64,000 nt of DNA from Candidatus Nomurabacteria bacterium (GTDB lineage: Bacteria; Patescibacteriota; Minisyncoccia; Phycocordibacterales; UBA5272): positions 14,633 through 78,632 of the forward strand of contig JBEIQD010000002.1 of the NCBI GenBank assembly GCA_040376695.1, given 5' to 3'. Within the stretch, counting starts at the first letter, position 1; the number at the start of each line of letters is the position of its first letter. Of this stretch, positions 57,964 to 64,000 are shown piece after piece. Under the pieces are notes generated by a model, which did no database searches, was not told the DNA's origin, and was given only the letters and a program-made list of their open reading frames with translations. The translations under genes were made by a program, and so were the position numbers.

Positions 57964-58650
57964 CTACTTTTTCCCTTCGACAATAACCACGAATTCCCCC
58001 CTCAAATGATCTCCATTATCCATAAAATACTTCTGAACTTCCACCGCTGTCCCACGTATGACTTCCTCATGCATTTTAGTAATTTCACGAGCAATCACAA
58101 CAAGACGCTTCTCATCCAGCGAAAGAGCTAATGACTCCAAGGTTTTCTCTATCCTGTGTACTGATTCATAAAAGACGCTTGTATGTTCACTTTCCGTGAT
58201 TGTTCTAAACAGTGTCTCTCTTCCTTTTTTGTGTGGAAGAAAACCGTAGAAGGTAAACACTGCTGAAGAAATCCCAGAAGCTGAAAGGGCGGTTGCGATA
58301 GCAGTGGCTCCAGGAAGCGCGACAATGGCGACCTCTGGTAATTCATTTCTCACCCTATCAACTAATAGTACCCCTGGGTCAGAAATAGTTGGTGTTCCCG
58401 CATCTGACACAAGAGCAATGGATGAACCACCTTCTAGTTGTTCTAGGGTGCGCTCAATATTTTTAATACCTGTTTGAGCATAAAACACGCTCGTCTTTGT
58501 CTCAATTCCATATTCCTTGAATAAGCGCTGAGTAACTGAAGTATCTTCACACAGCACAAGATCTACTTCCTTAAGAATACGAATAGCCCGAAGTGTCATG
58601 TCTTCGAGATTGCCTATCGGGGTTGGTACGATATAAAGAGTTCCTGCCAT
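57964..58650 (-). CDS. rsmI: 16S rRNA (cytidine1402-2'-O)-methyltransferase
   Basis: MAGTLYIVPTPIGNLEDMTLRAIRILKEVDLVLCEDT. TAGGAT 6 nt before the ATG. Confidence 0.85.
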   Translation of the reverse strand: MAGTLYIVPTPIGNLEDMTLRAIRILKEVDLVLCEDTSVTQRLFKEYGIETKTSVFYAQTGIKNIERTLEQLEGGSSIALVSDAGTPTISDPGVLLVDRVRNELPEVAIVALPGATAIATALSASGISSAVFTFYGFLPHKKGRETLFRTITESEHTSVFYESVHRIEKTLESLALSLDEKRLVVIAREITKMHEEVIRGTAVEVQKYFMDNGDHLRGEFVVIVEGKK

Positions 58651-58680
58651 CTGCGTATCCTAACAGATAGCAGACAAAAC

Positions 58681-58705
58681 AAAAAGCGTCGCTATGCGAC
58701 GCTTT
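58681..58705 (-). terminator. Terminator
   Basis: aaaaGCGTCGCtatGCGACGCttt. Confidence 0.5.
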
Positions 58706-58707
58706 GA

Positions 58708-59175
58708 TTAATGAACAATTCTTCCAGGGCTCCCTCTTTTGAGTTTTACAGGATTTGCAAAACGATTGAGAACGTACCCAGGTAAAAGAAAACCCCTTCT
58801 GTTTCCTTCACAAACCACAAGCCAGTGCAGTTTGCCATTTTCATTGAAAACTTTGAGGACTGAAAATCTCAACCCTGTCTTGTTAATAAGGAAAATGAAG
58901 CTTTGTTTTGGGACAGTGAAATCAATAACCTTCCTGTCCCTTTCTCGGTAGCAATGAATGGGTGTCACATCAAGAAGATTGGTGTGTGTGGCGAGCGTCA
59001 AAAACTTTGGACACTCACTGAAGTGAATAATCGCCAAAGCTTCCAGTCTCTTAAGCCTCGCTTCGCCTTTCTTAACACCAATTACATGGTTTTTGAATTC
59101 ATACATAAGGATTCCTTTATAGTTGTATGGAAAGAAAATTCGCACAAGAAAATTTCGAGTGCGATACCATATCAT
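58708..59175 (-). CDS. Hypothetical protein
   Basis: 155 aa ORF. Start uncertain (59175 or MYEFKN at 59106). Confidence 0.35.
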   Translation of the reverse strand: MIWYRTRNFLVRIFFPYNYKGILMYEFKNHVIGVKKGEARLKRLEALAIIHFSECPKFLTLATHTNLLDVTPIHCYRERDRKVIDFTVPKQSFIFLINKTGLRFSVLKVFNENGKLHWLVVCEGNRRGFLLPGYVLNRFANPVKLKRGSPGRIVH

Positions 59176-59229
59176 TATACCATAAAAATAGATTTTTGCA
59201 AGTCTATGTATCTTCTACTCCTAATAAAA

Positions 59230-59268
59230 AGCACTCTCAATCTTTTTGATTGAGAGTGCTTTTTAGTA
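59230..59268 (-). terminator. Terminator after the DUF1761-like gene
   Basis: aaaAGCACTCTCAATCtttttGATTGAGAGTGCTtttt. Confidence 0.5.
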
Positions 59269-59286
59269 AACTGAAGTAAATTTTTT

Positions 59287-59688
59287 CTATACCAAAGTAA
59301 ATACCCATCCAAGTGCCATAAGCACCACTAGATAGTATCCTGAGATAACGAGAAACTTCTTAACTGCATATTTTGGTTCTGTATCCCACATAGCCCCTGC
59401 TGCCTGAGGCATCGCAAAACCGAGCCATATCCAGAACGCAACGTGCATACCAATAAGCTGCACGAAATAATAGAGAACAAAACTTGTGACAAGCGAGAAA
59501 ACAAACTGAAAAAAATAATATGGCATCATTTCTTTCTGAGCTTTTGCTAGTTCCTCCTTGGTCATAACTGGAGCACCTGTGATCTTCATCCATACTTTTC
59601 CGAAGAGTGGTCCATACCAGAGCGTTCCAACTACCACTAAAAATATTCCACCGCCAAGCACCGCCCAATAATTTATTATTATATCCAT
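59287..59688 (-). CDS. DUF1761-like integral membrane protein
   Basis: WYGPLFGKVWMKITG...; 4 TM helices. Confidence 0.35.
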   Translation of the reverse strand: MDIIINYWAVLGGGIFLVVVGTLWYGPLFGKVWMKITGAPVMTKEELAKAQKEMMPYYFFQFVFSLVTSFVLYYFVQLIGMHVAFWIWLGFAMPQAAGAMWDTEPKYAVKKFLVISGYYLVVLMALGWVFTLV

Positions 59689-59722
59689 ATATGTTAAGTG
59701 TATGCCTAATACGAGAAATATA

Positions 59723-59752
59723 AAATCCCCAGTTTTTAAAACTGGGGATTTT
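59723..59752 (-). terminator. Terminator downstream of tRNA-Ile
   Basis: aaaaTCCCCAGTTTttaAAACTGGGGAtttt. Confidence 0.55.
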
Positions 59753-59760
59753 ATATTTTG

Positions 59761-59835
59761 TGCGCGATCCTGGGATCGAACCAGGGACCTTTCGAGTATC
59801 AGTCGAATGCTCTAAACCAGCTGAGCTAATCGCGC
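59761..59835 (-). tRNA. tRNA-Ile (anticodon GAT)
   Basis: Reverse complement GCGCGATTAGCTCAGCTGGTTTAGAGCATTCGACTGATACTCGAAAGGTCCCTGGTTCGATCCCAGGATCGCGCA. CCA not encoded. TGtTAGTAT extended -10 lies 13 nt upstream. Confidence 0.9.
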
Positions 59836-59873
59836 ATATGTTACGAAATACTAACACAAATTTTGGAATATTT

Positions 59874-59906
59874 AAAGCCCGAGTCGCTTACGCGATCTCG
59901 GGCTTT
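59874..59906 (-). terminator. GC hairpin plus U-run terminator ending the small minus-strand ORF, about 40 nt upstream of tRNA-Ile
   Basis: aaaGCCCGAGtcgcttacgcgatCTCGGGCttt. Confidence 0.45.
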
Positions 59907-59912
59907 GGACCT

Positions 59913-60131
59913 TCATTTGAAGGTGATACCTGTGCCGTACTTGGCATCATGTGCATCCATTTTGGCACGCTGGTGAGCTTGGCCGAGGATCATGACGATC
60001 GCAACAGTAACAGCAATCAAGGCGGTGCCGACTTTTGACTTGGCAAAGGCTTTCGCTTTTTCCTTTGCTTTCTGAGCAAAGGCGTGAACCATTACACGGC
60101 GGTAATAGCGGGTTTGTTCGGCTGTTGGCAT
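59913..60131 (-). CDS. Small tail-anchored membrane protein in the GC-rich 16S/tRNA-Ile spacer islet
   Basis: MPTAEQTRYYRRVMVHAFAQKAKEKAKAFAKSKVGTALIAVTVAIVMILGQ... About 52% GC. Possible longer form starting at 60215. Confidence 0.35.
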   Translation of the reverse strand: MPTAEQTRYYRRVMVHAFAQKAKEKAKAFAKSKVGTALIAVTVAIVMILGQAHQRAKMDAHDAKYGTGITFK

Positions 60132-60302
60132 TGCCTCAACAGTACTTTGCAAAATGTGCAGTTTCAATTTGTCCAAGGATTTCTCCTGTAGTTGAATATG
60201 TATATAATATAACATATTTATTAATAAAAGTCAATAGCCTTGCCAAATCCCCTATTTTACTGTAGAAATAGACCATTGTTCATTACTATAAGGAATACTC
60301 AC

Positions 60303-60668
60303 ATGAGTACAACATGGTTTCTCTTCTGCGCTGATGCGCATTCAAATGAGGTCGTTGCAGGGACGCTTAACGGCCTTCAGGCCAGCCCTGAAATCGCCAA
60401 AGAACATGAATGTTCTGATGGGAAAAAGCGGTACCTCTACGAAGTGCCCGACTATGCTTTTGCTTCTCGTTTGCACAAGTCACAGAAACAGCTCAAAGCC
60501 ACCCTCACCATCTTCCGCAGCCAAGACGGCGGCAAACCTGCCGAGTGGAAGTTCTCCCAAAAGAAAAAGGTTTCCTTGGGGAGCATTCAGAAAAAAAGCG
60601 ACCAGCTGAAAGCAAAACCAGCTACAGCAATACACCAACGAAAACCATCTCAAAAACTTCCGTTTTAG
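60303..60668 (+). CDS. Hypothetical basic protein, divergent from the 59913 ORF, in the GC-rich spacer islet
   Basis: SD ataAGGAAtactcacATG. 121 aa, MSTTWFLFCADAHSNEV...; terminator follows. Confidence 0.4.
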   Translation: MSTTWFLFCADAHSNEVVAGTLNGLQASPEIAKEHECSDGKKRYLYEVPDYAFASRLHKSQKQLKATLTIFRSQDGGKPAEWKFSQKKKVSLGSIQKKSDQLKAKPATAIHQRKPSQKLPF

Positions 60669-60684
60669 AACTCTCTGGAACGGA

Positions 60685-60718
60685 GAAAGCCCGGTCGCAA
60701 TATGCGCCGGGCTTTTTT
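60685..60718 (+). terminator. Rho-independent terminator
   Basis: aaAGCCCGGtcgcaatatgcgCCGGGCTttttttt. Confidence 0.55.
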
Positions 60719-60876
60719 TCATTCAAAATGAAAAGCGTAGATGAATCCCCCTTTACAGAGAGACTCGCTACACTTTCCATTTTTACATTACAGAATGAAG
60801 AGCTTAATGATTCCAATTACCCGAAAGTAACTGAAATCATTAAACTATCCATTACACACATTGTGATTTTTATCTT

Positions 60877-60892
60877 TCTTTTGTCACACTCT
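60877..60892. repeat. 3' arm of the 16S processing stem (perfect 16 nt complement of 62667-62682)
   Basis: CTTTTGTCACACTCTA here versus TAGAGTGTGACAAAAG at 62667-62682. Flanks extend the complementarity to about 25 nt. Confidence 0.6.
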
Positions 60893-61019
60893 AGCGCTTG
60901 CGCGACTTTTGCATACGTTTCGCTGTAGCGCGAACAGTGTTAAAGGATCACTGTTAAGTCCTTATCTAAAACTTAAATAACCGACAAGATTCGTACACCC
61001 TAATAAATTAGGTATGTAG

Positions 61020-62660
<1,641 letters not shown>

Positions 62661-62666
62661 ATTTAA

Positions 62667-62682
62667 TAGAGTGTGACAAAAG
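62667..62682. repeat. 5' arm of the 16S processing stem
   Basis: TAGAGTGTGACAAAAG, 6 nt upstream of the mature 16S 5' end. Confidence 0.6.
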
Positions 62683-62848
62683 AAAAACAAAAAAATGCAC
62701 AATGTGTGTAATGTATGAAGCGTCACCAGAAAACGTTGTTATGTCATTGAGACCTTATCAGACTCTCCGACCGTTTCCTGTAGCTTCTATTTCATTTTCA
62801 AATGACTACGATAACCACTCACATATTTCTACCTGAGAAGTGACCCCC

Positions 62849-62877
62849 ATTCTATACAAAAAATAATTGAAAGTCAA
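62849..62877 (-). promoter_or_regulatory. Candidate rRNA promoter
   Basis: Minus strand TTGACT-17 nt-TAGAAT (plus coordinates 62877-62872 and 62854-62849), about 180 nt upstream of the 16S 5' end. Confidence 0.35.
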
Positions 62878-62965
62878 GGACTTTATCAGAAAACAGGGTT
62901 ACTGGATCTGGGCCATCTTAAAACCTTGTAAAAGTGGCTTCTAGGAGGGTATACTGAAACCTAAT

Positions 62966-63640
62966 ATGACGTCCGTTTTGATACCCATCATTGCTATCGA
63001 CGGAACCTCTGCCTCTGGAAAAGGCACCATTGCCTACAAGCTCGCACAGCATTTCGGATTCAATTATTTAAACTCTGGAGCTCTTTACAGACTAGTTGCG
63101 TACGAAGCCCTCACTCAAGGTGTAGCCTTTGACGACAAAGATGCGTTAGTACAGATTGCGAAAGAATTAGAACCTGTTTTTGAAGATAAAAAAGTACTGT
63201 TGCATGGAAATGACATCTGGCCAATTATTGGAACACAGACATTTGGAAACCCAGCAAGTATTGTGAGTCGTATTCCAGAAGTTCGTTACGCACTTCTTGA
63301 GCGTCAGCGCGCTATGGTCAAATCCCCCGGCCTTGTAGCTGAAGGAAGAGATATGTGTACCAATGTTTTTAAAGATGCACACGTAAAAATTTACTTCGAT
63401 GCGGACCCGAAGATTCGAGCGGAGAGAAGATTTAAAGATGAAGAAACAGCTAAAAGCGGAAAGACATTCGAGCAGATATTAGAAGAGATTCTTGCGCGGG
63501 ATGAGCGTGATAAAAATAAAGATGTTGGAAGGTTGTATCCAGCAGAAGATGCTCTCATCTTAGATTCAACAACCATGTCTCGAGAAGAAGTTTTAGAAAG
63601 ATGTATTGCCTGGTGTACAGAGAAAGGACTAGTAAAATAA
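62966..63640 (+). CDS. cmk: Cytidylate kinase
   Basis: IAIDGTSASGKGTIAYKLA P-loop. TATACT 10 nt before the ATG. Confidence 0.9.
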   Translation: MTSVLIPIIAIDGTSASGKGTIAYKLAQHFGFNYLNSGALYRLVAYEALTQGVAFDDKDALVQIAKELEPVFEDKKVLLHGNDIWPIIGTQTFGNPASIVSRIPEVRYALLERQRAMVKSPGLVAEGRDMCTNVFKDAHVKIYFDADPKIRAERRFKDEETAKSGKTFEQILEEILARDERDKNKDVGRLYPAEDALILDSTTMSREEVLERCIAWCTEKGLVK

Positions 63641-63642
63641 AC

Positions 63643-63667
63643 AAGCGCGACCTTACGGTCGCGCTTT
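63643..63667. terminator. Bidirectional terminator, GCGCGACC stem family
   Basis: aAGCGCGACCttacGGTCGCGCTtt. Confidence 0.5.
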
Positions 63668-63672
63668 GAACT

Positions 63673-63969
63673 TTAAAAAATTTTCTTCCAGAGAATAAGA
63701 ACTGTGAGATACACGCCTATGTGCCACGGAATCGTGTTTAACGGTTTAATGATTTCAAGCGTAGGCAACCCTCGCTCATCCTTCTTATCAAAAAACATAT
63801 TTGCAATGAACCGCTCCCCCGCAAGGAGACGAGGAAGAAACACCTGATCCCCCTTCATCATTTCATGGTAAGGGATTTCGTTCTGAGCGAAAAAGACAGG
63901 CGACCCCATTTCCTCTCCCTCCTTAATGGCGCCCTTCCACTTACTCAGGAAATAGATATACACGTGCAT
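63673..63969 (-). CDS. Hypothetical protein
   Basis: 98 aa ORF near the window edge. No recognisable domain. Confidence 0.3.
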   Translation of the reverse strand: MHVYIYFLSKWKGAIKEGEEMGSPVFFAQNEIPYHEMMKGDQVFLPRLLAGERFIANMFFDKKDERGLPTLEIIKPLNTIPWHIGVYLTVLILWKKIF

Positions 63970-64000
63970 GATGCGAGCATTTCCGCGAGCATCTTCTGGC

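Noticed and set aside
59360-59857. 165 aa minus-strand ORF
   Set aside because: It runs through tRNA-Ile and its terminator, and is out of frame with the DUF1761 gene.

Overview
This 64 kb window reads like a streamlined, AT-rich (about 40% GC) bacterial chromosome segment with several traits common in CPR/Patescibacteria-like genomes. Most of it is housekeeping. The minus-strand block from 7.3 to 13.4 kb carries gapA, rpiB, rpe, a split transketolase and fba, with pfkB and a malic enzyme adjacent. Other housekeeping calls include DNA repair and topology genes (uvrA and uvrB, gyrA), five translation-related proteins (glyQS, hisS, rpsA, rpsU, rpmG) with pth, cell division genes (ftsA, ftsZ), and three RNA/tRNA modification enzymes (ybeY, tsaD, rsmI). 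There are four tRNAs: Trp, Glu, Val and Ile. A 16S rRNA gene on the minus strand is followed only by tRNA-Ile; no 23S or 5S is present in the window. A dense surface-glycan biosynthesis locus spans 43.2 to 53.2 kb. Features worth a second look are listed below.
- MurA carries an N-terminal XRE-type helix-turn-helix domain (36736-38256).
- The 16S gene has a large helix-40 expansion and no recognisable canonical anti-SD tail after helix 45, and is bracketed by a perfect 16 bp processing-stem inverted repeat.
- Five small GC-rich (about 50-58% GC) islets carry SD-led small membrane or basic proteins, in a genome where most genes look leaderless with a TATACT/TAGAAT -10 box 6-10 nt before the ATG.
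- A near-identical 36 nt AT-rich palindrome, plus a similarly organised GC-rich structured region, occurs at two distant gene ends.
- A GC-stem terminator (GCGCGACC...GGTCGCGC) is reused three times.
- Four tandem paralogous TrbC/VirB2-like small membrane proteins sit at 16.8-19.3 kb, and a soluble VirD4/TraD-like ATPase at 54.5-56.2 kb.
- An attenuator-like terminator lies immediately in front of rpsA.
No CRISPR array, transposase or integrase was seen.
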